Source: Felis catus (Eukaryota). From it: 64,000 bases of DNA. Position numbers and translations under genes: made by a program. The notes under the pieces were generated by a model that saw only the letters and a program-made list of their open reading frames with translations, was not told where the DNA came from and made no database searches. Position 1 is the stretch's first letter; each line of letters begins with the position of its first letter. Of this stretch, positions 49,600-62,235 are shown one piece after another. The stretch lies in assembly GCF_018350175.1 (NCBI RefSeq), contig NC_058383.1:20090001-20154000 (forward strand). Direction: 5' to 3'.

Positions 49600-50650
49600 A
49601 AGAAAATTCACTGATTGACTAGGCAGGCGTTTATACCACGCCTCGCACGGGCCAAACACTGATTAAGAACTGAGAGGGCTACACCGAACAAAACGGCTCA
49701 CGTTCACGTGGGGCGGACTGACAACACGCCAGCAGGTTAAAACTGAAGTAGGCTCATTTTTTTTTAATTGGCTCATTTTGAGATAGTGATCGGTTCTCTA
49801 AAGGAAAACACAGGACAGGTCATCGTGAAGGGGGAAGGTTAACACTGGATCAAATGGAGAAAGCATTCTGGAGGGATGGTGGTGAGCTAAGACCCAAATA
49901 AGAAGAAGAAACAATGCTAAGCAGAGATCTGCGGGTGGCTGAGAGAACAGCATATGTAAATTCTTAAGGTTGGAAGGAGTTCAGAGACCCCAAGGAACAG
50001 AACTCAGAACTCCTGTGGGTCAGGATCATAGCTGAGGGGATGTGCTTGGATTTAGGTTGGGAGATAGGCAGGGACCTGGTCCTACAGGGCTTTTCGGACC
50101 ATGGTAAGGAGTCTGCAGGTGTTCTGGGTCACTAGGGAGCCATTGAGGACCTTTATGGGTGAGGTGAGGGTGTGTGGTGGCTGTATGGAGGATAGATTTC
50201 AGGTTGTACCACAGAGGAAAGTGGAGGGCTAAGACAGGAGGCTATCACAGCGTTCCAGGTGTGAGAGTGGTTTGGACTGGGTGTGGGCAGTAGAGACCAA
50301 GAACATCGGGCGATATTGGGGTATATTTTTGGAGGGATTGTAAGAGGGAAATGTTGATGCATGTGGAGAGTAAGAGAAGCAGAGAGTTGAAGGAGATTCT
50401 AAAGTTTTGGGTTTAAGAAGCCCAGAAAGATGGTGGTGTCATTTCAGGAGGTGTGGAGGCTGAATAAAATCAGAGGTGGGGCAAAAATCAAGAGTTCCCC
50501 TTGATCACTTCAGTCGGTGCCCAGACAGACGTGTCAATCTCATCATCGAGTACATGAATCGAGAGTCGGAAGGGAGGTCTGACCCAGAGCTGTAGATTTT
50601 GGCTTTGAAAGCACAAAAATGTTATTTGAAGCCGGTGGGCAGGAGAAAAG
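49600..50650 (-). mobile_element. L2 LINE fragment
   Basis: GACCATGGTAAGGAGTCTG...GGGAGCCATTGAGG, GGAGGCTATCACAGCGTTCCAGGTGTGAG. Confidence 0.7.
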
Positions 50651-50891
50651 GGGCCCCGGGTTCCCCGTGCGGTCAGTCCCGCCTGAGCAACTCAGATTTG
50701 CATATATAAATGCACCCTCGCCCTGTCCATTTAGGCGTCAGAGAGGAACCTCAAGCTTACCACATCCACACCAGACCTCTTGACTTTCCCCCTAGAACTT
50801 CCAGACCCAGCAGCCTCCTTGTCTTAATTAAGGTAATCCAGTTCCCCAGCATCTGAGACCAAAGACTTAAAGACAATCTTATTTATAGATA

Positions 50892-51468
50892 CAGGTGATC
50901 CTTGAACATGGGTTTGAACTGAATTGCATCCGCTTCTGTGCAGATTCCCCCCCCCCCCCAATAAATATAGCACCGTGCTGTTAATGCATTTTCTCCTCCT
51001 TATAACTTTCTTTCTTTCTATGGTTTTCTCCTCAACGTTTTCTCTCCTCTAGGTTACCGTATTGAAAGAATACGATATATACATGTAACCTACAAAATGA
51101 GTGTTTGTAGATGGTTTGTGTTATCAGTAAGACTTCTGGTCAACAGTAGACCATTAGTGGTTAAGTTTTTGGAGAGTCAAAGGTTGTATGTGAATTTAAA
51201 AAATTTTTTTTTAAATTTATTTTTGAGAGACAGAGTGAGGGCAGGGGAAGGGGAGAGAGAGAGAGGGAGACACAGGATCTGAAGCTGGCTCCAGGCTCCG
51301 AGCTGTCAGCACAGAGCCCCATGTGGGACTCGAACTCACAAACGGTGAGATCGTGAGCTGAGCTGAAGTTGGATGCTTAACTGACTGAGCCACCCAGACG
51401 CCCCATGGATTTTTTTTACTGTATGGGGGTCGATGCCCCTAACCCCCGTGTTGTTCAAGGGTCAGCTG
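50892..51468 (+). mobile_element. Tigger2a-like (carnivore) TcMar MITE interrupted by a SINE
   Basis: TA|CAGGTGATCCTTGAACA ... TGTTCAAGGGTCAGCTG|TA terminal inverted repeats with TA TSD; internal CTTCTGGTCAACAGTAG. Confidence 0.88.
51197..51404 (-). mobile_element. CanSINE inside Tigger2a
   Basis: Ends GACTGAGCCACCCAGACGCCCC. Confidence 0.94.
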
Positions 51469-51477
51469 TATATTTGA

Positions 51478-51863
51478 AAGTTTTTAAACTTAAATTCAAG
51501 TTATTAACATACACTGTAGTCTTGGCTTCAGGAGTAGAACCTAGCGATTCATCTCTTACGATAACACCCAGTGCCCATCCCCCAAAATGCCCTTCTTAAT
51601 GCCCATCCCCCATTTAACCCATCCCCCCACCCAACACCCCTCCAGCAACCCTCAGTTTGCTTTCTGTATTTAAGAGTCTCTTAGGGTTTGCCTCCCTCTC
51701 TGTTTTTATCTTCTTTTTCCTTCCCTTCCCCCATATTCATCTGCTGATCTTCTCAAATTCCACACATGAGTGAAATCGTATATTTGTTCTTCTCTGACTA
51801 ACTTATTTCACTTAGCATAATACCTTCTAGTTCCATCCACGTTGTTGCCAATGGCACAAGATT
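51478..51863 (-). mobile_element. Carnivore L1 3' end (5'-truncated)
   Basis: CAACCCTCAGTTTG...TTAAGAGTCTCTTA...ATTCCACACATGAGTGAAATC...TTCACTTAGCATAATACC; homologous to the 3' UTR of the 14969 L1. Confidence 0.9.
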
Positions 51864-52059
51864 ACATATAAGTAAACTTTACTGAGGAAACTGACAAAGT
51901 TAGGCCTTTATATTTCAGGTGGTAAGTTTTTACATGTTTCTCTGATTGTTATGGCTTTGTTCTATCATAAGGCAATATTCCAAGGCACAATAGGTCCTGA
52001 GGGTGACGGGGAAATTCCTGACCCCCCATGACATCCTTCTACATACAAACCATCATCTG

Positions 52060-52750
52060 CATCAACTCCGACCACTTCTCATCACCTCTGCTGACAACAC
52101 TGTGCTCCAAGCCCCAGCACCTGTCACCCGTATGGTCTCCTAGCTGGTCTTCTTCCTGAGTTGTTGACATAAATCAGATCACAATTGCTCCTCTGCTCAA
52201 AACCCACCAACGGCTCCCGCTTTACTCAGAGTAAAACCCGAAGTAAAACCCGAAGCTACGTAGCAGTTTTCCAAGGTCTGCATGACATTGTCCTATCGCC
52301 TGCTGGGTTTCATCTTCTGTCCTTTGCACCTCACTTACTTTATTCCAGCTACCCTGTCTTCTTGCTGTTCTTTAGTCTATCTAGACGTGTTTCTGCCTCA
52401 GGGCCTTTGCACTGGCTGTTTGATCCACTAGAGCACTCTTTCCTCAGGTATCTGCATGGCTCCCTCCCTTAGCTCCTTAACCTCTTCAAATACTTGCTCA
52501 AATTGTGCCCCTCTCCCCCAACCAGTACTCCCCATTCTCTGTTTCTTTTTTTGTTTTTTTTTGTATTGTGTATCACCTTTTATCACAGTATATAGTTTTT
52601 ATTTCTCTTTATTTTTCATTGCCTACATCCTGCTGCTGAAGTGTAAGCTTCTTAAGGACAAGGGTTTTTGTCCATTTTATTTATAGATGAATCCCAGATA
52701 CCTGGAATTAGCACAGAAGAGGAAACAATAAATCCTTGCTGAATTAATGA
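52060..52750 (+). mobile_element. L2a 3' fragment
   Basis: CTCCTCTGCTCAAAACCC...CTCAGGGCCTTTGCACTGGCTGTT...GTAAGCTTCTTAAGGACAAGG...AATAAATCCTTGCTGAATTAATGA. Confidence 0.8.
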
Positions 52751-54937
52751 GTATGCAAATCCCTAGTAGATGCCTGTGGTTGTTTTTTTTTAATGATCCT
52801 TAGGAGTTTTTAAAATCTCTGCTTAACTTTAAAATCTCTGATTTTTATTCTACTTCTGGAAGAGGTTGCTATAGTTGTATTCAATAGGAGACCACTTAAG
52901 GGGGGGCATATCAGAGATTCTTGATCTTAATTATAGTTCTTGAGTCATTTAAGGAAAAAAAATGGCTGCATTGCTGTTTGTCTGTCTTTGTCTTCCCCGC
53001 TACTGTCGCTGGGTAAGTCTCATCTGATGAGATGGGCCACATGATGCAATAAGCCAGGGCTCAGGGGCCAACACCTTCCGACCGTCTGTGATCGGAACAA
53101 ATCACGTTTCTCCGGAAAAGAGAGGCTCATCTCTCCAAGCAGTAGGGGGACCCAGTTGAGAGCATGGCTTTTTGGAGTCAGGTGGACCTAAACCTAGTTT
53201 TCAGTTCCGTCTTGCAGGGATATTTGCACAATTCAACTTCCCTCCATGGACGGAAGAAGTTAATGCAATGGAGATACTCGATGTGATATTTTTGGCACGG
53301 TACCTTGTGTGTGGTAACCGCTCAGTTAATGGTTGTAATTATTTATTTTCTCTGTCGGTTTGAGCCCACTCTCTTTCTAAGCCAGAATAAGAATGAGGAG
53401 ATAACAAACTCTTTTTTTTTTTTTGAGGGAGAGTGGAGCCAACTTTCGGTGTTTGCTCAAAATTTATTTCATCATATTTGTTTAATCAGAAAAGAGTATC
53501 TTTGTCCGTGAGCCTATTTTAATGTAAACACCATTGCTTTTTCACTCTGGCTACAATTGGATGTGCCTGGGAAATTCTGAATGCAGGCGTACCTTATCTT
53601 TATTCTCCAAAAATGTCATCTTGAGAGAGTCAACCTTTGGGGGTATATCAAGTCCTGATTTGGTTTTCCATACTAGCAATTTGATTTCTGCAAATAAATT
53701 TTGGAGTCCTCTTTTAATGACTGTGTGCTTGTGTAAATATCCTCCCAGGCAATGGGACTGAATGCCCGTGGCCCTGAGATCAAGAGGCTGCACAGGCATG
53801 CTGGGAGGAAGTGACCAGCCAGGTGCCAGGGCTCGGGGGTCACGGGCACAGTTGAGGGAGATGCTTTGGTGTTGGAGCAGTGGCTCTGTTTCTAGATGTG
53901 AAATGTGGGAAAGCTATGCTATAGTTTTAAGGGAGGTTCTAGCTTTATCCGTCATTCACTTATGTACCCTGGAAAAGCCACAGGTGAGAGGTTTGGGGAT
54001 GTGACGCCTTCCCCTGGAGGGCAAGAAAGAGCCATGCACAGTTGATGGGGTCTTTGCTAACATTAGCCCAGCTCCCAGGTGACTGATCCTGAGGATAATA
54101 ATCATGGGGTCAACCAACGTTGGTTTTCGTGAGGGGGCACGCTTCCCTGAGAATTAGAACATCTACTGCTTGTGGAGAGACTGAGTTAGAATTCGAGCTT
54201 CCAGAACCTTCTCTTCTTTTTCGATCTAGAACCATCTCTCTCCATTTGGAGCTGCCAAATTCAGCAGACGGGAACCTCGGGTTGGCCTTCATGTGCGACT
54301 GGGTTCCAACGTGTGCAAAACACAGGAAGGTGGGAACACTGAGACAGGAAGCTTCTTCCTTCCTCTTGGAAAGGTGTGGCTTCCCCGGAAAGCAGGATGG
54401 AGGCAGGGGCTGGAAGGCTTGCAAGAGCGTCCCCACAAAGAGGGGACAGGTAATGGGAGGTCAGGAAAGGAATACAGTCATTAGGGGAACATCTTTCCAA
54501 AGGCTCAGACCTTCCTCACTTAGTGTGGAAGTGACTCTAGGGAACAGATGTCAAACAAAGTAATAGCTTCTGAGCATCTTACAGTGTGCTGCTCCGTGAC
54601 GTCCACATGACCTTTCCTTTATCAACTATCTGCTAAGACCCAACTACGGGTCAAACCCTGTGTTAATGGTGGGTTATGGTGGCAGTGAATTCAGACCCAC
54701 TTCTTGTCATCACATGGCTGACATTTTGGTAAGGGGAACAGAGAGTAAACAAACGTATAGCTAAAGAAGAGAATTACAGGTTGCAGTAAGTTCTAGAAAG
54801 GAAATAAAGCAAGAGGGCTTTAGATAAGGTGTTTGCAGAAAGGCCTCACTGAAGAGGGTTGAATCTGACAGATAAGAAGGAGCCCAGGTGCAGAGACAAG
54901 CCGGCAAGGATCAAGGGCAGAAAGCTCTTGAACTCCA

Positions 54938-55122
54938 GAGCCGTGATTCTCAGCCTTGGCCACACGTTGCAATCTCCCGGGGAAGATCCAGAATTTACTG
55001 ATGCCTGGTTCCCAGCTCCAAGAGACTGTGATCTCATTGGGCTGGGGCTTGGTCTGGGCCATTGATGTATTTCAGAAACTCCCCCAGCGACTGTAACGTG
55101 CAGCCAGGTTTGGGAAACTCTG
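54938..55122. mobile_element. MER5A1-like fossil within an L2 fragment (~54620-55290)
   Basis: GTGATTCTCAGCCTTGGC...CTGATGCCTGG...AACTCCCCCAG...GCAGCCAGGTTTGGGAAACTCTG. Confidence 0.75.
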
Positions 55123-55318
55123 CCTTAGGGGAAGAGAAAGGAGCTACCAGGCTGGAACGCTGTGAGCTCAGGGGAAAGAGATCCAAGACAAGATAGAGGA
55201 AGGGGCCTGATTCTAGGTCATTCAGGGCCTTGAAGGACATTATAAGAAGACTGACTTTGATTTTAGTCAGTAAAATGGATTTATACATTTCCACTACGGC
55301 AGTATGGATGGTGGGGTG

Positions 55319-55357
<39 letters not shown>

Positions 55358-55814
55358 TGACTGGGCGAGACCGGGAACCAGGAAATATGTGAGCAAGGGG
55401 CCGAAATCCCTCCCTGACCATCCTGCCAGAGTCATCCAAAGAGAGATGAAGGGATGACAGCTGTCCCACACCCTGGAGGAATGAAAACTGGTTCGTTGCA
55501 GCTAAGACAGACTGCATTTCTTGATGTGCCTCTCCTTAATAAATCAGCCCAAAGTGGAGGGGCCTGGCGCTCACAGGTTACCCAGAGATTAGTGATGGTT
55601 ATTGTTGGGGGGCGGTGGCGGGGAGGGGCGCTCATTCCCCAGAACTCAGAATGAGCTGGGTCCCCTCAGATCCCTGCAGGGAAAGCGTCTCACTCAGAAG
55701 CCCACGGAGTCCCTAGCTGCCCAGGCCTTGTTTCACCCTTTGCTGAGAAAATCCCAGAGAGAGAGAGGTGGGTTTGTGACGCATTGAGAAGCTCTCTCCA
55801 TATGAGCGCATGTG

Positions 55815-55817
<3 letters not shown>

Positions 55818-55858
<41 letters not shown>
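55818..55858. repeat. (TG)n microsatellite (other (TG)n runs at 11418-11450, 41299-41334, 55316-55355)
   Basis: Direct reading. Confidence 0.96.
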
Positions 55859-55859
<1 letters not shown>

Positions 55860-56646
55860 CAGGGAAAGGAACACGGTCACCCTTCCTTTCCTTGGGCACT
55901 GCTTAGCCAAGCACCTCTTCGTTCTGTCCCCTGACAAAGCTCACAGGTCTTGGGGCCACACATCCCCCCCCCCCCCCCCTCCGTTGCCTCTCTTCCCTTC
56001 CTTATTCCGGATCTTGCAACTCCCTTTCCGCCTGTGATTTCCCTTCGGGTGAGTTCTCTGTCTCCACTGCAGTTTTCTTTCCCAAAGTTCCGTTACCTTC
56101 CCTCGCCCGCTCCCCTCCTCTCTCTCCCTCCCTGCATCTCCAACTCATCCCGCGGCCCGTGGGTCCTTCTTTCCAGGGGTGCACAGAGAGGGCTTGGCAA
56201 AGTCCTTCCACACACACGCCGTCTGGCTGATCCCACGGCAGCTTGGCATCTCCCCACTTTGCAGATGAGGCCATGGAGGCTGGGGGACACAAACCTCGGG
56301 GTCCCACAGTAGTAAGTGGGGGCCCGGCGCTGAACCGAGAGCCGTGAACCCCAAAGCCTGTATTCTTAGTAATGAAGAAACACTGCTCCCTGCATGAGCG
56401 ATTTTCTTGATTTTTCTACAGGATGAGCGCATTCCTTGCTCTGAGCCCAACCACAGCATTCTGTGCATGTGGCGGGATAGTATTTATGAGATATTAACCA
56501 TTGCTTCTCCCCTTACTTCTCTGCCGTCCTGCCCTTTACTTCTCAAGATTAAAGGAGACAGACAGACCGTGTACTGCCCTTAATGCAGGGGGCAAACACA
56601 AATACCCTGCTGGCTGTGACCTTGGGATAAAAGAGCCTCAACTTTT

Positions 56647-56860
56647 TTTTTTTTTTTTTAAGTTTATTTATTTTTGAGACAGAGAGAGACAGAGCATGAA
56701 CAGGGGAGGGTCAGAGAGAAGGAGACACAGAATCTGAAACAGGCTCCAGGCTCTGAGCTGTCAGCACAGAGCCCGACGCGGGGCTCGAACTCACGGACCA
56801 CGAGATCATGACCTGAGCCGAAGTCGGCCGCCTAACCGACTGAGCCACCCAGGCGCCCCC
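56647..56860 (-). mobile_element. Feline CanSINE
   Basis: 19-bp flanking repeat TAAAAGAGCCTCAACTTTT at 56628-56646 and 56879-56897. Confidence 0.96.
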
Positions 56861-56899
56861 TTTTTTTTTTTTTTAAAGTAAAAGAGCCTCAACTTTTGG

Positions 56900-58630
56900 G
56901 GGGAAGGGAGGACTGGGGAGCCTGGCTGTGCGAACAGGGTCTGAGGAGCAGGGAGGATGGTTGATACCCTGTGCCCGGCCCTGGGCTGCGACCAGGAGAG
57001 CGAGGGGTGGTGACGGAGAGACAGCGGAGCTTAGAGGCAGTTCCTGCCTCTTGACCTGCCACAGAGCACCCGTTTGGAGGACAGGAGGCTTCCGGAAGGT
57101 CTGGGGGTCCACTTGGTCGTTGGGGCCGGAGACAGCCTTTTCAGGATGCGTGGTTCTCCCCGATACGCAGTCGTAACGAGAGCCACCGGGTGTGAACGGA
57201 AGCACCAGGTTTCCCACCACGGGTGGTGCGCCCAGGGTGGGCCCAGAGGATGCGTCCACCGGGAGATACCCGCCCACCGGTCCAGAATCCCGAGCAGCCG
57301 CTTGCCCCTGTGACCTGACATCTAGAACATCACACAGCTCAGGAGCCAGCTTCCGATTCTGCCCTTTGGGAAGCACGGGAACTCCAAGCAGCAGCTGGGC
57401 TGGGTGGGGAAGAAAGGGGTTTCTATTTCTTTGCCGCTCAATGTCAGCCGGAGCGCCCTGCCCACCACCGGCCTCGCTGGGGACCGGCGCTGTCGCTGCC
57501 CGGCCCGGCACGCCACCAGCCTCTGGGGTCGGGCCTGCCGCTTCTCCAGGCCCTGCCTGCTGGGTCCAAGGTCTTTGGAAAACACCTCTGGTCTCCCCAG
57601 AGCCCTCCTCTGTGCCTCGCTCCAGGGCACGGCCCAGACCTCCCCGCTTCCCTGGGGAAGGTGGGGCCTCCCTCGGCGCCCCTGCATAATTGGGACGATG
57701 CGCAGGAAAATTAACAAGGTCATTAATCACCGTGGAGCCAAAGGCAGCTCCCCGGGACCTATTCTTCATGATGATTAATGGCGGGCAGCTCCTCCCCGCT
57801 CCCCGATTCATTTTCCTGCCACCGTTCACTCATCTTCCCTTGCCGTCCTCTTCGTCCCTGTCCGAGGGAAGCGGGGTGTCCGGGGGCTGCGGGCTCCGCG
57901 TCAGGTCTTTCCCGGCCGCCTTCGCTGCCACCAGCCCCGGGAGTGGATGGGAGCGTGAGCCCCCGGGTCAGAGGCACAGCTCAGCTCCTTACACGAAGTG
58001 GGGACGATACTCCCCTTGCCTCCCAGCCTGGGAAGATGGAAGAAGATGAACACGGCCAAGTAGGCTCCCTGGGCCGGAGCGAGGCTGCCTGACCGTGACC
58101 TCTTCCGCCTCCAATGATTATTTTTATTGCCCTGCTGAGCGCCGCTGCGGCCTTTCAACGCCCTGGCAGCAATCGGCCCGTGGGAAGGAGCGAGGTCGCT
58201 GCTCTTTGCCGACACCGGGGACGACGAGGGTGATGGTGAACAGCTGTTGTATGTTGCTGCCGACGACTATACCTGAGAGGCACACGTCGTTCGTCCCATT
58301 TTACAGTGAGAAAGCGTGTTCAGAGAGGGAGGGGAGCCCGCTCAAAGCCACACAGCCGGTAAATGGCAGAGGAGGGATTCAACTCCATTCCGTCTGACGC
58401 TCCACGGCCGGGAGCTAAGTGCCTCTTCCCTGTCTCTCCTTGTCCCAACCTCCAGCCGGGGCTGCCCTCCCCTGGCGGGACGAGCCAAGCTCGGGTCATG
58501 CTTGAACAGCCTCCTGTTCTCCTCTTGTTTGCCAATTAGGCTCCCATCCAGCTTTCTGCTGCTTCAGATAAGCGCCTCCCTCTGCCCACTGATGCATTGA
58601 GCCCAGGGTCTCGCTCGGACCAGCCCTCAA
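56900..58630. promoter_or_regulatory. CpG island-like GC-rich region (candidate orphan CGI, promoter or enhancer)
   Basis: Visibly highest GC and CpG density in unique sequence; embedded AT-rich homeodomain-motif core at 57685-57815. Confidence 0.6.
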
Positions 58631-58922
58631 TCAGGAGATGCTTGATTTTCCTGGAGATAACTATATCCTGGGGGATTTGAGTGAATTTGTAAGGAAAGAA
58701 CAGATTCTGTAAAATTTAAGGCACAGCGAAGTACTTTTCTGAGGCGGGCAGAGAGGAGGAAACGTGACCCAGTCAAATACACAATCATGGAGCGGGCTGG
58801 AAAACGTGGGAGACCAAAAGGGGATCGCGGTTCTGTGGTTGAATCGCTGGGTGACCTTGGGTAAGTCATTCCTCCCTAGACCAGTTTCCTTAGTAGAATT
58901 GCAGGATGAGAATAGATTCTGA

Positions 58923-59146
58923 GGGGCGCCTGGGTGGCGCAGTCGGTTGAACGTCCGACTTCAGCCAGGTCACGATCTCGCGGTCCGGGAGTTCAAGCCC
59001 CGCGTCGGGCTCTGGGCTGACAGCTCGGAGCCTGGAGCCTGTTTCCGATTCTGTGTCTCCCTCTCTCTCTGCCCCTCCCCCCGTTCATGCTCTGTCTCTC
59101 TCTGTCCCAAAAATAAATAAAAAACGTTGAAGAAAAAAAAAAAGAA
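58923..59146 (+). mobile_element. Young feline CanSINE (SINEC_Fc-like)
   Basis: TSD AATAGATTCTGA at 58911-58922 and 59147-59158. Confidence 0.97.
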
Positions 59147-59469
59147 AATAGATTCTGAACGTTTAAAGGCAGAACTCAAAAGCTGGGATTGGGTCGGGGG
59201 GCCGTGGGGGGGGGTGGATTTTTCCCAGGTGGAAAGGAGATGCAAAGAGAGAAAAATTAAGAAGGAAGGGGGCAACGCTTCGCTTTGGTCTCTCCGGGTC
59301 TCCATCAGGACACCCACTGCAAGAGAGACCAGGTCTCTGAGGCAACGTGGATGTCTCGAGGGCTTCTCAAGTCTTAGCGGGGAGCTGTGTAACAATATAA
59401 GGATTAAAGTATAATGATGATTCTAAAAATGTCGATGGTGATAATCAGGGCGTTGAGTAACATTTATTA

Positions 59470-59689
59470 TTATTTTTTAATTTTTTTAATGTTTATTTAT
59501 TTTTGAGACAGAGAGAGACAGAGCATGAACAGTGGAGGGTCAGAGAAAGAGGGAGACACAGCATCTGAAACAGGCTCCGGGCTCTGAGCTGTCAGCACAG
59601 AGCCCAACGCGGGGCTCGAACCCGCAGACCACGAGATCATGGCCTGAGCTGAAGTCGGACGCTTAACCGACTGAGCCACCCAGGCGCCC
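59470..59689 (-). mobile_element. Feline CanSINE
   Basis: 16-bp TSD TGAGTAACATTTATTA at 59454-59469 and 59690-59705. Confidence 0.97.
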
Positions 59690-60025
59690 TGAGTAACATT
59701 TATTAAGCAACAATTATGTGCCAGCTTTGACCGTAAGCTATTAAATAACCCCTAAGTCGTGTCCCCACTAAGAACACTGAGGTGCAGAGGGGTTAGGTCA
59801 TTTACCTAAGAACACACAGAGAGTGGGGGGCAGAGTTAATCCTGGAGCCATCCCTTCCTGACTCCAGAGCCAGCAGTCCCAATGCGATTCATGACAGTGT
59901 CATGCCTGGATTCAGTGTCTGGTGGCCAGGGAAGTCCTTAGGCACCTGTGTGCCTAGGGGCTTTCTCCATATCCACAGCCTGTTGCCTCTGTTTACCTGC
60001 TTGGAAAACCCGCCCACCTGAGACC

Positions 60026-60198
60026 CAGGACCAGCCACATAATATTGTGGGGCTTAGGAAAAAGTGAACACGCAGGGCGCCTTGTTTAAAAATTATTCAA
60101 CACTTTAAGACAGTGACCGTAAAGCCTGTGACCAGGAAGGAGATCCTTCTGAACATGAGATTTTATAAAGTCCACAGGTTGTGTGTGAAGCCACCCTG
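60026..60198 (-). mobile_element. MER91A-like hAT fossil
   Basis: CAGGACCAGCCACATAAT...GCCTTGTTTAAAAATTATT...GTGAAGCCACCCTG. Confidence 0.7.
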
Positions 60199-61204
60199 TG
60201 AGCCCCCAAACACTTCCCTGGCCCCGACAAGTCTTCCTCGACCCCTCACATCCCCATCCCACTCTTCCCCGAAGGCAAGGCTTAATCCTCTGTTCCCTTG
60301 GTTACTGTATGGGTCTCTTCCAGAATGGACCGGTTGGATCTCTCCCTTCCTTAAGGACCTCTGCCCTGGGCTGGTTTCCTTGAACTCATCTTGGTGTTTG
60401 CCAGATGCAGAGGTGATGAAAGTGCTCCAGAAGCCAGTGGAATAAATTATTCTCCCTTCGTGCCCATGACTTTCCCTGGGGCTTGGGGCTAAAGACACCC
60501 AACCTTGCCTGGACAAAGCCTTCAGCGTCCATTCCTAAACGGCCGGGAAGAAATGTTCCGGAATACCATCAAGTGCTGAAGGCCTCTTCTAATTAGCTGG
60601 ATAGTGGCTAACGAGGGATTGCACCGGGCAGAGCCTTCTGGTGGTTGGCACGTAATTACCATGGAAACCTTCACGCCGCGCTCGGCTCCTTCCCTCAGCC
60701 CTCTTCCCTGGGGAGTAGACATGGCCCCACAAAAGCAGCATCCGGGCGGTCGACATCGTTTGTGAGAGAAATAAATGGACAATTAAAGGCAAGACAGGTC
60801 GGATCCTTGTTGGAGCGACGTTTTGCCTACATCCATCCCGGGGCTTAATTGATGCTGCTGTCCCTGCACGAGAGGAAATCATTGGAAGGTGATGAATTCT
60901 GTTTGGATGGATCCCCTTTCGCTAAGCTCAAGGACAGGGAACATGCGTAATTAGGAGACAGACTTTTCTGCCTTTTAGAGGCGATTGCCGGGATGGCCAG
61001 GGGCTGTGACGACTTTGCCTTCCTCATGCTTACACACAAGTATTTATTTATTCTGCCCATCAGCCGAGTGAAACCTCAGCGTCACTCTGTAAGTGGCATC
61101 TCAATCTTTAATCTCGTAAGAGGAGCTGAGCTGGCTCACGTAGAAATAACTTTTTGGCGAAAGTTATTAAGCGAGAACAGGGGTGGGGTGAAGTTTGAGA
61201 GCCG

Positions 61205-61510
61205 TGTTGGTCAGGATGGGCTGGGCTTTGCTGAAGTAACAAATAAACCCTGGCATTCCAGCTGGATTAGCACAGTAAGGGTCACTGAATGGGTCGTGCA
61301 AGGTTCGGGTGTGGTCGGGCAGCCCTTTTCTATCGTGTGACTGTGCCGCCTGATACACATGGCCTTCACGTGGCAGCTGGAGGGCAGAGAAGGCTGGAGG
61401 GAGCAGCGCCCTGCTCCTTAACGGCCACAGGCCAGAAGCGACATGTGTCATTTGTTCTCACATTGACCCCAACGGCCCCTGGATTCACACCACCTTTTCC
61501 TGCCCGGCGG
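61205..61510 (-). mobile_element. MLT1 (K/L-like) LTR
   Basis: GTCAGGATGGGCTGGGCTTTGCTGAAGTAACAAATAAACCC...GGCCAGAAGCGACATGTGTCA. Confidence 0.65.
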
Positions 61511-62199
61511 TGCCTCCGTGAGTCACAGTAATGGTTATACCAAAGAATGGCCACGGTGTCCCCCCTTCCAGGAAACCTCTTCCTTCCCACTGCCTGGGCT
61601 ACTGTTTGCCGTGTTCCTGCCAACACCTTTGGAGTCAGGACTGTGTCCGCTGCACCTGTTTCTGCCCCAGGCGCCCCGAGGGAGGGTTAAGGCCAGAATG
61701 CAGTGGGCAGGAACGACAGGCAACATTGGCTCGGGCTGGCCAGCTTTAGAGGGAAGAGCCTCCAAAGGGTTGAGAGGAGGAGGAAGGAGTCCGGAAAGAC
61801 CTCACAAAGGAAGAGGCATCGTACCAGACTTTGAAGAGTGGAGGATGCATTCATTCATTCATTCTTTCACTCATTCACTTATACGTTCACTGCCCGGTGC
61901 CCACAGGAGCTAAGCCACTCTGCCTGTGTCCTCCAGGAACATATTCCTGAGCAGGGACGGGGCACAAAGCAGACAGGACACAATAAATGTCTTCAGAGGT
62001 CAAAGTGGGCACCAAGGACAGCACAGGCTTTGAAGAAAGAAAAAGGCAGTTCTCTGTGATCTAGAAGCATCCAAGGAAGCCCAGCGTGGAAGGGGATTTG
62101 CCCTGAACCCTGGACAATGGATATCAACATTAATTTATGTTAGTGCTGACGTTAGGGTTGTACTAGAGGTATTTTATTATCCAAGGCGTATGTGTGTGT

Positions 62200-62235
<36 letters not shown>

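Noticed and set aside
52231..52254. 12-bp tandem duplication GTAAAACCCGAA
   Set aside because: Ordinary slippage duplication within an L2 fossil
56873..57829. 318-aa minus-strand ORF and overlapping ORFs
   Set aside because: G/P/A/R-rich with no recognisable domain; long ORFs arise by chance in GC-rich DNA and several frames are open here
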